Origin: a virus
Lineage: Duplodnaviria; Caudoviricetes
DNA length: 61,902 nucleotides
IMG/VR virus record: IMGVR_UViG_3300048597_000042
Location: 1 to 61,902 of that record
Strand: one strand, 5' to 3'
Part shown: positions 45,221 to 53,603 of the stretch, one piece after another
Numbering within the stretch: the first letter of the stretch is position 1
How the letters are laid out: every line of letters begins with the position of its first letter
Program-made: the position numbers and the translations under genes
Notes under the pieces: model-generated
Told to the model about the DNA's origin: nothing
Seen by the model: only the letters and a program-made list of their open reading frames with translations
The model's database searches: none

Positions 45221-45579
45221 AGACTTCAGCTAAAAAGGCATCCCGAGCTTTTCTGTTGCACAATTTGTTTGGCACTAAGCGGGACTCTTGCACTAGCAGA
45301 GGCAACGCACTCTATTCGTACACCACTGCAATAGCCGCATGGAAGGGGCCTATTCTGATAGTGAATGAATCGAAGTACAGCGCCACTACTTCGAGGCACC
45401 AACACGCCCTTCGTTTGGAACTATCCTATTCCGCTCCGGAATTAGTTATTAAGGTAAACGATATCAGGATGGGTTCCGACAGACACGACTTAATCAATGC
45501 AGCTCTGGAAGCCGTCGATAAGATGGACAGTAGTGCTTACGATGTAGACACGATTAAATATGACCTGATGAATGGATAA
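45217..45579 (+). CDS. conserved-type phage hypothetical protein
   Basis: LYSYTTAIA...KYSATTSRHQ motif. Confidence 0.8.
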   Translation: MKTSAKKASRAFLLHNLFGTKRDSCTSRGNALYSYTTAIAAWKGPILIVNESKYSATTSRHQHALRLELSYSAPELVIKVNDIRMGSDRHDLINAALEAVDKMDSSAYDVDTIKYDLMNG

Positions 45580-45620
45580 CGCGGGCTCGCGAGCGCGCTG
45601 CACGCAAGCGCGGGGCGTCG

Positions 45621-45654
45621 GTTCAGCGTCGGTTCAGGTGGTACGTGGGATGCT
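45621..45654 (+). promoter_or_regulatory. GTTCAG-N5-GTTCAG direct-repeat promoter 2 (PhoP-box-like)
   Basis: GTTCAG cgtcg GTTCAG, 11 nt ending TGG, then GATGCT; same geometry as 38890. Confidence 0.65.
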
Positions 45655-45703
45655 TGTCCGGTCGCTGCGGCGGCAGTAATCAACATAATCTGAGGAGATT
45701 AAT

Positions 45704-46057
45704 ATGCAGGTCTTTGTGATGGTTAGTGACGGCAGGTTTTTCTACAGCGGGTATTTTCGTCTTTCTGACGAATGGGTTGAAGAGGTCGAGATTGGCGGTA
45801 TTACCGACAAATTTGCCGCACTGCACTGCATCGGAAGTTCAGACAAAATCATACTAGAAAACGTTGCTGTACATGACACGGTTGCTGTACGGAAAGACGG
45901 GAAGTCTATCGGCAAAGTGACAATGCGCTTCGATAACATGGTAGTTAAAGCCTGTACAGCGACCACAGATTTTGAGCTGGTGTCTCACGAAGAGTTCGAT
46001 CAGATCCGTGACAGTTCGTATTCAACTACTTCAGAAGAGGGGAAGTTTCATGCTTAA
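45704..46057 (+). CDS. small beta-rich hypothetical protein
   Basis: GAGGAG RBS; VMVSDGRFFYSGYF resembles IWIDTDRFFYIGRY of 47152-47493. Confidence 0.8.
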   Translation: MQVFVMVSDGRFFYSGYFRLSDEWVEEVEIGGITDKFAALHCIGSSDKIILENVAVHDTVAVRKDGKSIGKVTMRFDNMVVKACTATTDFELVSHEEFDQIRDSSYSTTSEEGKFHA

Positions 46058-47114
46058 TGATATCACAGGTCACGCGGCGCTTATTGAGCGTCTTATGGTT
46101 GCGGCTACGGCCTGCAAGTCGCTTATTATTGCCGGCCCTAACGGTGTTGGCAAGACCAGCGCAGTGCACCAGCTTGGTTCTTTGATGGGGCGTAATGTTG
46201 AGACGTTTCTTGGGCCGGCAATTAGCCCTGAGACGTTTGGCATGAACGTTCCCAGTAAGGGTTTCGATCAGTACCGGTACGTGTTCAACAATCGGTTCAT
46301 GGATGCGCCGGAAAACACGATCTTCCTGATTGACGAATACAGTTTTATGCCGCCAACAATCCAAGCGTTGACTGGCGAGTTGACCGCCAACAAGACCATC
46401 AATGGTAAGCCGCTGCCGAAAGGCTCGATGATTGTTCTTACCGCCAATCGGGTCGGCGACACTGCCGGTGTCCACCCTGTTAGTCGGCTTATCAACACCC
46501 GCTGTCCGACGATCACATACTACGGCCCTACTGAGGCTGAGTACATCGGCGACGACAAAACGGCGGGCTACATGCGAACCCACGGCCATCCGGCTGTTGT
46601 GACGGCGCTTTCCTACAATCCTGAAATGATCCATTTTCTTAAGGGAGCGTACCCGGCTGTTGAACAGAAGGCCGATAAGCTCCCTACGCATCGTGGATGG
46701 GTCGAATGCAGCGCGGAACTTAAAGCAGCCGAACTGCTGCTTGCTGCCGGTAAGATCAAGTCTCTCAATCGCATGGGAATTATTGCTAGCCATGTCGGGG
46801 ACAAGGCGGCAGCAAAGTGCGAAGCCATCATTCGTCTCTGGCAAGAACTTCCTGATTTCGGGAAGATTGAAGTTTCGGAGCTGGGCACGATGGCTATTCC
46901 GAAGAACGCCATTGTTCGTAGTTTGATTGTAAGTCAGGTAGTAGATTTGGCAAGAGAGCCCGTTGTTGAACGGCTCTCGCCATTTATTGGCCGGTTTCCG
47001 GCTGAGGAGCAGAAAGTGATGTGGACGCAGTTGATCGCCAAGTCTACTCACTTCAGTAGCACTAATGCGTTTCAGAAGTTCAGCAGTTCAGTTGGCCAGT
47101 ACCTCAATCACTAA
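46050..47114 (+). CDS. MoxR-like AAA+ ATPase
   Basis: Walker A GPNGVGKT, Walker B IFLIDE, IVLTANR, LINTR and PTHRGW. Confidence 0.88.
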   Translation: MLNDITGHAALIERLMVAATACKSLIIAGPNGVGKTSAVHQLGSLMGRNVETFLGPAISPETFGMNVPSKGFDQYRYVFNNRFMDAPENTIFLIDEYSFMPPTIQALTGELTANKTINGKPLPKGSMIVLTANRVGDTAGVHPVSRLINTRCPTITYYGPTEAEYIGDDKTAGYMRTHGHPAVVTALSYNPEMIHFLKGAYPAVEQKADKLPTHRGWVECSAELKAAELLLAAGKIKSLNRMGIIASHVGDKAAAKCEAIIRLWQELPDFGKIEVSELGTMAIPKNAIVRSLIVSQVVDLAREPVVERLSPFIGRFPAEEQKVMWTQLIAKSTHFSSTNAFQKFSSSVGQYLNH

Positions 47115-47151
47115 CGCAGTACCTCAACCACCAACGCAGGAGTACACAAAC

Positions 47152-47493
47152 ATGCTCAAGAACATCAACGTAGGCAACGTGCAAGAAGAGATCGGTCCAC
47201 TCAACGTCGGCGACCCGAACATCGGCGACTCGATCTGGATTGACACCGATCGGTTCTTTTACATCGGTCGTTACCGCGGTCGTAGTGAGGACGGTCAGTT
47301 CTGGATTCTTGACCGTGCCAGCATGGTGATCCAGATGGGCATTGTCACCAAGGCAACTACCGAAGGTACTTCGTCCCTTAACGAAGTCCATCCGTTTGCC
47401 ACGCCGTTCTATGCCGTCCGCTACAGCACCGTTACTGGCTGGCGGGTGTTCCCGCATGAGCTGCCGAGCCAACCAATCAGCCGAAGCTCGTAA
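47152..47493 (+). CDS. small beta-barrel phage protein (DUF6948-like, from recall)
   Basis: AGGAG RBS; IG..IWIDTDRFFYIGR...WILDRASMV..MG...NEVHPF...PHELP pattern. Confidence 0.6.
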   Translation: MLKNINVGNVQEEIGPLNVGDPNIGDSIWIDTDRFFYIGRYRGRSEDGQFWILDRASMVIQMGIVTKATTEGTSSLNEVHPFATPFYAVRYSTVTGWRVFPHELPSQPISRSS

Positions 47494-47504
47494 GATCGTA
47501 GCCT

Positions 47505-47534
47505 GTATAGCGGGAGACTAGTCTCCCGCTATAC
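47505..47534. repeat. perfect 30-bp palindrome
   Basis: GTATAGCGGGAGACTAGTCTCCCGCTATAC, intergenic, no U-tract. Confidence 0.9.
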
Positions 47535-47546
47535 TTCGGAGGACGC

Positions 47547-47792
47547 ATGTGGTATACTAGCGATATTGTAGTTGAAGATGACTTCGACGGTACTAAGGTA
47601 GCCTATTGCATGTCAGCTATCTGCTACAGCGTAGCTTCTGCGGTTTCTTTTATTAGAGCCTACGACGGACTCTGCGGGGAAGCCGTGCTCGTAGATGAAC
47701 GAGGCCAACTCGATGCGCCAATTCTAGCGAAGCAAGACAACCCAGTGCCGGCAACCGGCACCGGCATCACACGCATAAGATACTGGAGCTAG
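47547..47792 (+). CDS. hypothetical protein
   Basis: GGAGG RBS, 81 aa. Confidence 0.75.
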   Translation: MWYTSDIVVEDDFDGTKVAYCMSAICYSVASAVSFIRAYDGLCGEAVLVDERGQLDAPILAKQDNPVPATGTGITRIRYWS

Positions 47793-47794
47793 TA

Positions 47795-48925
47795 ATGTAC
47801 AACGAATTTACTAAGGCTTTGTTTGCTGTGTTGCAGATCAACCCTGTCGTGTACGGGTTTTGTAAGCTGCTTCCGTTAGAAATGTCTGAGGACATTCCGA
47901 CTGCGGCCCTCAATGGCCGAGTTGTAAAAATCAACCCAAAATTCTGGAGCGATCTTGATACTGATTCAAGAGCGTTCGTCATTGCCCATGAAGCCATGCA
48001 TATCGCATGGGATTTCTTCGGGCGGTTAGGTATGCGGAACAAGATGATTTTTAATGCCGCACAAGACCTAGTCATTAACGAGTTTTTATCTGCCAACAAC
48101 TTCAAGTTCACAGGCAATTACGATTTAATTACAGCCAAAGATTTCCCTGACTTGCAGTACGACTCTAATCGGCATTCAAGCGAAGTTGTCTACGACTGGC
48201 TTATTCGCAACAGGCCGAATCTCGCGAAGCAGATGGCCGATAAGGTCTTGGATGGTTGTGGTCAAGAACCCCAGCCCGGTGATGGTGGCCCTCTCACCCC
48301 GCAGGAGGTCGAGGATTTGCGTATGGCGGTGCAGGGTGTTATCGTCGGTAGTCCTCCCGGAACGCTGCCTAGCGAGCTTGTACGGGCCGTAGAATCGGCA
48401 TGGGTGCCGGCCCACGACTGGCGCACTGAACTGTCCAGATACTTCAACCAGCTAGCGCCAGATGACTACAGCCTTAAAAAGTTCTCTATGAACAACCTAG
48501 CTGTGACAGGGGCGCTTACGCCTACGTTGAACACTCCCGGCCTTACTACTATCGGGGTTGTCTTCGATACCAGCGGGTCTATGTCAGACCTGTATAGCGA
48601 GGTAGTAGGCCATGTCCAAGAAATACTCAGTCAAATATCCGTGGCTAAAGTCATCCGGATTGACGCCGATACAAACGTCGCCTTTGAAGAAGAGACCACA
48701 GGCCCCGGCCTTGTGGCTACTGACTTTCGATTCCATGGAGGCGGCGGTACTTGTTTCAGAGAAGCTATCCAACGCATGGAGCATTATAGCCCTGACGTGG
48801 TGGTGTATATCACTGACGGTCACGGAACTTTTCCAGACAATCCTCCACCGTACCCGCTAGTCTGGCTCGACTTGTTGGGCACTGTTGAGTACCCATTCGG
48901 GGATGTGGTGCGATGCAAAACCTGA
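47795..48925 (+). CDS. HEXXH metallopeptidase-like plus VWA domain protein (DUF2201-like)
   Basis: IPTAA, FVIAHEAMH, NAAQDLVIN, MIDAS DTSGSM, GGGGTCF and YITDG. Confidence 0.9.
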   Translation: MYNEFTKALFAVLQINPVVYGFCKLLPLEMSEDIPTAALNGRVVKINPKFWSDLDTDSRAFVIAHEAMHIAWDFFGRLGMRNKMIFNAAQDLVINEFLSANNFKFTGNYDLITAKDFPDLQYDSNRHSSEVVYDWLIRNRPNLAKQMADKVLDGCGQEPQPGDGGPLTPQEVEDLRMAVQGVIVGSPPGTLPSELVRAVESAWVPAHDWRTELSRYFNQLAPDDYSLKKFSMNNLAVTGALTPTLNTPGLTTIGVVFDTSGSMSDLYSEVVGHVQEILSQISVAKVIRIDADTNVAFEEETTGPGLVATDFRFHGGGGTCFREAIQRMEHYSPDVVVYITDGHGTFPDNPPPYPLVWLDLLGTVEYPFGDVVRCKT

Positions 48926-49128
48926 AGATGGTCATAATAGAATACGTTGTTCTGTTACTTGTGGGTATCTTTGCCTACGAAGCTGTCAACAGCTTCGTAG
49001 TAGCTGTTACAACTATGGTTGTTGTGGCTTTTCTAGGCGTGGCGCACTACCTTGACGGTCGAAGTAAAGGATTTCTTGCAGGGTACAACGAAGCAATTAA
49101 CGCCATAGAAAAGAAACTAGCTAGATAA
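48913..49128 (+). CDS. small membrane protein
   Basis: Two hydrophobic segments; start may be 48928. Confidence 0.7.
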   Translation: MQNLKMVIIEYVVLLLVGIFAYEAVNSFVVAVTTMVVVAFLGVAHYLDGRSKGFLAGYNEAINAIEKKLAR

Positions 49129-49132
49129 CGTA

Positions 49133-49208
49133 GGGCCTGTAGCTCAAGGGTTAGAGCGTCCGCCTCATAAGCGGTTGGTTCTCGGTTCAAGTCCGGGCAG
49201 GCCCACCA
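49133..49208 (+). tRNA. tRNA with CAT anticodon, probably tRNA-Ile2
   Basis: GGGCCTG/CAGGCCC acceptor stem, CT-CAT-AA loop, TTCAA T-loop, encoded CCA; C4-G69 and C5-G68 favour Ile2 over Met. Confidence 0.9.
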
Positions 49209-49218
49209 TAGGTGACAC

Positions 49219-49443
49219 ATGTTCGACTGCAAGCCACCGCATTTCAAAGTGATGCGTTCTGAAATAGTAAATTCGCGGGCTTGCACTGCGAGTTCAGTAT
49301 GTTTACGGGTATCTACAGACTATTGGGAAGAGCTATACCATTCAACAGTACGGCATCGACTAACAGGCAGCCTTGCTTCGCTTCCTACCGGTTTTAAGTC
49401 TATGATTTTTACAAGATCGGGGTCATGGATAACGTACTTATGA
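49219..49443 (+). CDS. small Ser/Arg-rich protein (MFDCKP paralogue 1)
   Basis: MFDCKPPHFKVMRS...GFKSMI...GSW. Confidence 0.75.
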   Translation: MFDCKPPHFKVMRSEIVNSRACTASSVCLRVSTDYWEELYHSTVRHRLTGSLASLPTGFKSMIFTRSGSWITYL

Positions 49444-49467
49444 CGATGCAGGTGTGAGGTAGGTACT

Positions 49468-49725
49468 ATGTTCGACTGCAAGCCGGCGCACTACAACGTC
49501 TTTCGGTCTAGTATACGACTACTGCATACAAGGTCTATTTCAAGTTGTGTGACTATAAAGACTGTTAGGCAGCTCATAGTATACGGGCACTATTCAGCGA
49601 TATTGTTTGATCCTCAAACGACCAGCGGTATATCAAACACTTATGCTGGCCTTAAAAGCATAATTGTTGGAACGAATGCATCATGGAAAGCAAGCAGGCT
49701 GCTGACTCCTCCCCGACACCGGTAG
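49468..49725 (+). CDS. small Ser/Arg-rich protein (MFDCKP paralogue 2)
   Basis: MFDCKPAHYNVFRS...GLKSII...ASW. Confidence 0.75.
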   Translation: MFDCKPAHYNVFRSSIRLLHTRSISSCVTIKTVRQLIVYGHYSAILFDPQTTSGISNTYAGLKSIIVGTNASWKASRLLTPPRHR

Positions 49726-49746
49726 GGTGCCTGTACCGGTCACTAT

Positions 49747-49962
49747 ATGCCTACGGTTAAAGCGCTAGATGGGGCGTTCTTCAATGATTCACTACGGTCA
49801 GCACGCCTATCTGTATGGGTCACAAGCTACGCTTTCAACAGAAGGTACATGCTTTCAAAAGTAGACCAAGGATACACTAGAGGTAGCATAAAGCTCGTAG
49901 ACGGATTAATAGAGATAAGATCCGAAACCGACTACTCTCCGTGCACATGTATCTGCATATAA
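49747..49962 (+). CDS. small Ser/Arg-rich protein
   Basis: 71 aa; C-terminal IEIRSE resembles array ends. Confidence 0.6.
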   Translation: MPTVKALDGAFFNDSLRSARLSVWVTSYAFNRRYMLSKVDQGYTRGSIKLVDGLIEIRSETDYSPCTCICI

Positions 49963-49967
49963 TCAAT

Positions 49968-50052
49968 GGGGCTGTGATGAAATCGGTAAACATAGCAGAC
50001 TTAAAATCTGCCGGCTCCCGCCTTGAGGGTTCGAGTCCCTCCAGCCCCACCA
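49968..50052 (+). tRNA. tRNA-Leu(TAA)
   Basis: GGGGCTG/CAGCCCC acceptor stem, GCAGA-CT-TAA-AA-TCTGC anticodon arm, long variable arm, TTCGA, CCA. Confidence 0.93.
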
Positions 50053-50186
50053 CATAGGCGCTGTATGAGAAGTCGGATAGTAAAGCGGAACGGCGATAAG
50101 TCCCTACCTTTCAGCATATTTCTAGAGAGTAGGGTTGTTGGGAAGCAAGAAACGCTTATTAAATTTCATAACGAGGAGCATTTCAG

Positions 50187-50432
50187 ATGGCAATATCAGT
50201 ACATAGTTTCGAGGCTTTTAAACGAAGGGCCTCAGAAGCGTCGGACTCCAAGACGCTTGGGCAGAAATTTATGGAAGAGTTTTACGAAGCCGATCCGAGA
50301 GTTTGCAAAATGCGCGATGCGCAAGATGGGTCTAAGCTAGCAGACATACGGCGCGATATAGAAAACTGCACCAACCCAACGACTCTGTATTGGAAGTTAG
50401 TCTCAAACAATCTAGTAAGCATGGCAAGGTAA
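50187..50432 (+). CDS. hypothetical protein
   Basis: GAGGAG RBS, 81 aa. Confidence 0.78.
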   Translation: MAISVHSFEAFKRRASEASDSKTLGQKFMEEFYEADPRVCKMRDAQDGSKLADIRRDIENCTNPTTLYWKLVSNNLVSMAR

Positions 50433-50434
50433 TT

Positions 50435-50692
50435 ATGGGCATTGTTTCGTTGTCAAGCTACAAAACTTCGGCAGGAGTTTTGAGGTACAGAACGTCTATA
50501 AAAAATACTAAGAGTCGCTACGCCTACTTTGTAAATTCGAGAGCGTCCGGCCATAGCTGCGCAACCCTAGCACCAAATAATAAAAGAAATACGAAGTCGG
50601 CGTCTGCTTTTATGTCTTGTGTGATACTATCAGACTTGACGTTGTACTCTAAGCAGTTAACTGCCCGCTATATAACGCAGATACGCCTATGA
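50435..50692 (+). CDS. small Ser/Arg-rich protein
   Basis: 85 aa, array-like composition, ATGA-coupled downstream. Confidence 0.6.
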   Translation: MGIVSLSSYKTSAGVLRYRTSIKNTKSRYAYFVNSRASGHSCATLAPNNKRNTKSASAFMSCVILSDLTLYSKQLTARYITQIRL

Positions 50693-50898
50693 TATTCTGG
50701 GTTTCAGAAACTAGCCGCCATAGTAAAACTCGCGTGATCTGCCACCCACAACTATCAGTGATTAACGGTACTATGATAAAAGATAGATTTCAACTGTCTC
50801 AGTTCGTTAAACACATGAACGGTGAGATCGGATTGCGTATGTTTCGTAAAAGTTTGTATCGGAAAACCGGCAGATTCACGACTTTATATACTTCATGA
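50689..50898 (+). CDS. small basic hypothetical protein
   Basis: 69 aa, ATGA-coupled on both sides. Confidence 0.6.
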   Translation: MIFWVSETSRHSKTRVICHPQLSVINGTMIKDRFQLSQFVKHMNGEIGLRMFRKSLYRKTGRFTTLYTS

Positions 50899-51266
50899 CA
50901 CAAGACATACCTTGGGTTGAGTGGTTGAAAAAACTAGGCGCTTGCCGCTCTTATGCGGATAACGCTGACGATTCTGTATCCAGCAGAACCGCTTGGGAAC
51001 TATGCACAGAACCGCATAGGGTAGCGTGGTTTGCTGCTCGTCTTGGATATGTGCGTACAGTCGAGCAGATAACGGCTCCTGTTACAGCATGGTTAAGTCC
51101 GCAACCAGTAGCGGGCCTAGATTACTTCAAGGCTGCGGAGGTGTTAGCTGTGGCAGTTGCGCGATCATACGGCAAACCCGGCTATTGGGAGATTACAGAA
51201 AAAATAAAGCAAGCCGTGTCTTACGAAGACCTACATACAGCGATGAGGAAACTGTGCGATGAGTGA
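50895..51266 (+). CDS. hypothetical protein
   Basis: LKKLGAC...AWELC...VAWFA motif. Confidence 0.78.
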   Translation: MTQDIPWVEWLKKLGACRSYADNADDSVSSRTAWELCTEPHRVAWFAARLGYVRTVEQITAPVTAWLSPQPVAGLDYFKAAEVLAVAVARSYGKPGYWEITEKIKQAVSYEDLHTAMRKLCDE

Positions 51267-51576
51267 TGAAAGTATCGGCCCTGATACCCCTGTAATGATT
51301 GAGCCAGAAGCACTGGATGCTATGGTGTTTTTCATATGTACTGGCCTTACCCTTGCTGCGAAGCACAGGCAAGCGGGTAACGAGAGTCGAGCTTTGCAGC
51401 AGTTACAAGTGATAGCGGGCTGTATGGCGGCGTACTCTAAACTGATTCCAATAATTGTCTCAGACGGCACTATAACTTGGAGCGAAATGTCGTTTGTGAA
51501 AGAAGCGTTTGAAAGAGTTAATGGAATACTGGAGACGTTTGAAAATGACAAGCCTGATCCCTCCAGCGTACATTGA
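51259..51576 (+). CDS. hypothetical protein
   Basis: 105 aa with GAGG RBS. Confidence 0.7.
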   Translation: MSDESIGPDTPVMIEPEALDAMVFFICTGLTLAAKHRQAGNESRALQQLQVIAGCMAAYSKLIPIIVSDGTITWSEMSFVKEAFERVNGILETFENDKPDPSSVH

Positions 51577-53173
51577 CGGCAAAATATGGATCGTAGCCGA
51601 GACTTTGAAGTATTTAGAAAAGCACTTCCTTATAAGTCGCATGTTGCCGCTAGAGGAGGTACTACCGTCTCAACTTTTCTCGACGGACTACACTATAAAA
51701 GCAGTGTCGCTCCTACATTCGGCCTTTGGCATGTCACAGGAAGTATACAAGTCTCTTCCAACATTATGCGGTGTGTATCAGTCTCAACAGTTATGGACAA
51801 CCTCTGGTTCCGAACCGCCAATGGCGCATCAGAAAGTTACTTTGGAGTATATAACTCTTTATGACGATATATTTATCTTCAACGATCCCGGTACCGGAAA
51901 AACTCGCGCAGTAATTTGGGCGATAGATTTCCTCCAAAAGTTTGGCAACGTCAAAAAAGTCCTTATAGCAAGCCCAATATCTGTACAGCCAGAGTGGATG
52001 CGGGAGTTCTTCGTAGCAGCTCCGCATATACGAGTCGCTAATCTGTTCGGAGACAAGCAAGCTAAGCTGAAAGCTCTTGGCATAAACGCGGACGTAGACG
52101 TTATCAACCATCATGGACTTGCTGTCTTAAAAGACAAACTGATAGCAAAACAATACGATATGCTGGTGATTGATGAAGCCACCCGCAACTTTAAGTCCAC
52201 TAGAACAAACGTATACAAAGCAGCAATAGCTATAAGAAAGTCGAAGCCTATGCGTACTGTTTTAATGACAGGTACCCCCATGGCTAATAGCGTCTTGGAT
52301 GCATACCCTCTGCTCCACATGATGTACCCCACGTTACCAGTTGCGCGCAACAAGGATGCGTTTCAAAATGCGTTCATGCATAAGCAAGGGCCGTTTAAGT
52401 GGGTGCCAAAATTAGGAGCCATAGAGCAGATTCAAACTCTACTACATCCGGCTGTTAGATTCTCTACTCAAGAATGTCTTGATCTACCGGAAGTGGTGTA
52501 CGTCAACCGGCATGCAGAGTTGACTAAACAACAACGCGAATCGTACAATGAAATGTACGATAAGCTGGTAATAGAGTACGATAACGGCACGGTCAAAGCG
52601 AGCACAGCGGCAGTCAAGGCAACAAAACTTTTACAGATTCTAGCCGGTGCAGTGAAGCTATCCGACCAATCGGGCGGTGCTATAACACTACTGCCTGAAC
52701 CGAGACTAAACGTAGTGCTCGATATCTTGGAAGCTACAAACGGCCAAGTGTTGATCTTCTCGCCATTCGTTGCTACTATACCTCTGCTGCTGCAAGCCCT
52801 GCACAGCGCAGGATACGAAGCCAAGTCGGTCTACGGTGCCACAAGCGCCGGAGAGAGAGCGACTATCTTCAATGACTTTCGTAACGGGATGTATAAAGCG
52901 CTGGTGTGCCACCCCGATGTCGCTAGCCATGGGTTGACTTTAGTTAATGCAAAAGCTACAGTATGGTACTGCCCTGTCTATAACCAAGAGACATACGCAC
53001 AGGCCAACAAACGTATGCACCGTAAAGGGCAGACGGAGCGTACGGTAGTGTACAATGTCGGTGCCCATCCACTAGAATGGAGAGTGTATGATGCGTTGAA
53101 AAAGAAAGAGGCTGTTCAGCAAGAACTGTTTGACTTATTTCACACTTTTAAAGAGGAACTAAACAATGTATAA
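51545..53173 (+). CDS. SNF2-family (SF2) helicase
   Basis: DPGTGKT, LVIDEA, MTGTP, HGLTL and QANKRMHRKGQ. Confidence 0.93.
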   Translation: MTSLIPPAYIDGKIWIVAETLKYLEKHFLISRMLPLEEVLPSQLFSTDYTIKAVSLLHSAFGMSQEVYKSLPTLCGVYQSQQLWTTSGSEPPMAHQKVTLEYITLYDDIFIFNDPGTGKTRAVIWAIDFLQKFGNVKKVLIASPISVQPEWMREFFVAAPHIRVANLFGDKQAKLKALGINADVDVINHHGLAVLKDKLIAKQYDMLVIDEATRNFKSTRTNVYKAAIAIRKSKPMRTVLMTGTPMANSVLDAYPLLHMMYPTLPVARNKDAFQNAFMHKQGPFKWVPKLGAIEQIQTLLHPAVRFSTQECLDLPEVVYVNRHAELTKQQRESYNEMYDKLVIEYDNGTVKASTAAVKATKLLQILAGAVKLSDQSGGAITLLPEPRLNVVLDILEATNGQVLIFSPFVATIPLLLQALHSAGYEAKSVYGATSAGERATIFNDFRNGMYKALVCHPDVASHGLTLVNAKATVWYCPVYNQETYAQANKRMHRKGQTERTVVYNVGAHPLEWRVYDALKKKEAVQQELFDLFHTFKEELNNV

Positions 53174-53531
53174 CTTCCAGCTTTTCAGCGGTATCGAGGT
53201 CCCGAAGGTTCATCGTGATACTACCCACCTGACTGGTGGTGGCCGTAAGTCCGCGTATCCATTTGCTCAGGTTGACGAACCCGGCAAGGCGGCTTTCATC
53301 CCGCTGGCCGATTCAAAGGGTCTCAAGGCGGTTCAGAGTGCGGCCAATGCCTACTCGAAGCGTACGAAGCATTATCTGTATATTCGAGTCATCGACGAAG
53401 AGCTTGCGAGCCGAGACGCTAATGCGGCTCACATTTTCAACCACTTCGGCGCGCCGCAAATCGGAATCTTCTACCGCGATCCGGCAACTGTCAAGCCACG
53501 GAAGCCCCGTACACCCAAGGCTGATGTCTGA
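53166..53531 (+). CDS. small putative DNA-binding protein
   Basis: GIEVP...GRKSAYPF...GKAAFIP pattern, basic tail, GAGGA RBS. Confidence 0.7.
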   Translation: MYNFQLFSGIEVPKVHRDTTHLTGGGRKSAYPFAQVDEPGKAAFIPLADSKGLKAVQSAANAYSKRTKHYLYIRVIDEELASRDANAAHIFNHFGAPQIGIFYRDPATVKPRKPRTPKADV

Positions 53532-53603
53532 TACGCCTTACGGGGCAGAGAAACTACGGCGCCGCAGCGTAGCTACAACTGCGGCTTTACTTTGCAGGTA
53601 GAT

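Noticed and set aside
46026-47051. 341-aa minus-strand ORF and similar long antisense ORFs (19716-20432, 8162-8908, 518-1231)
   Set aside because: These are antisense shadows of well-supported genes and show no motifs.
47097-47139. 20-bp tandem duplication at the end of the AAA gene
   Set aside because: It is real (CAGTACCTCAA.CAC.AACG twice) but only two copies, most likely a local duplication scar.
49133-50052. tRNA genes as attP or prophage boundary
   Set aside because: There is no integrase, no duplicated tRNA 3' end and no flanking host genes.
50060-50170. Third tRNA or ribozyme after tRNA-Leu
   Set aside because: Only a weak CCCTAC/GTAGGG stem is present; I could not recognise a cloverleaf or catalytic consensus.
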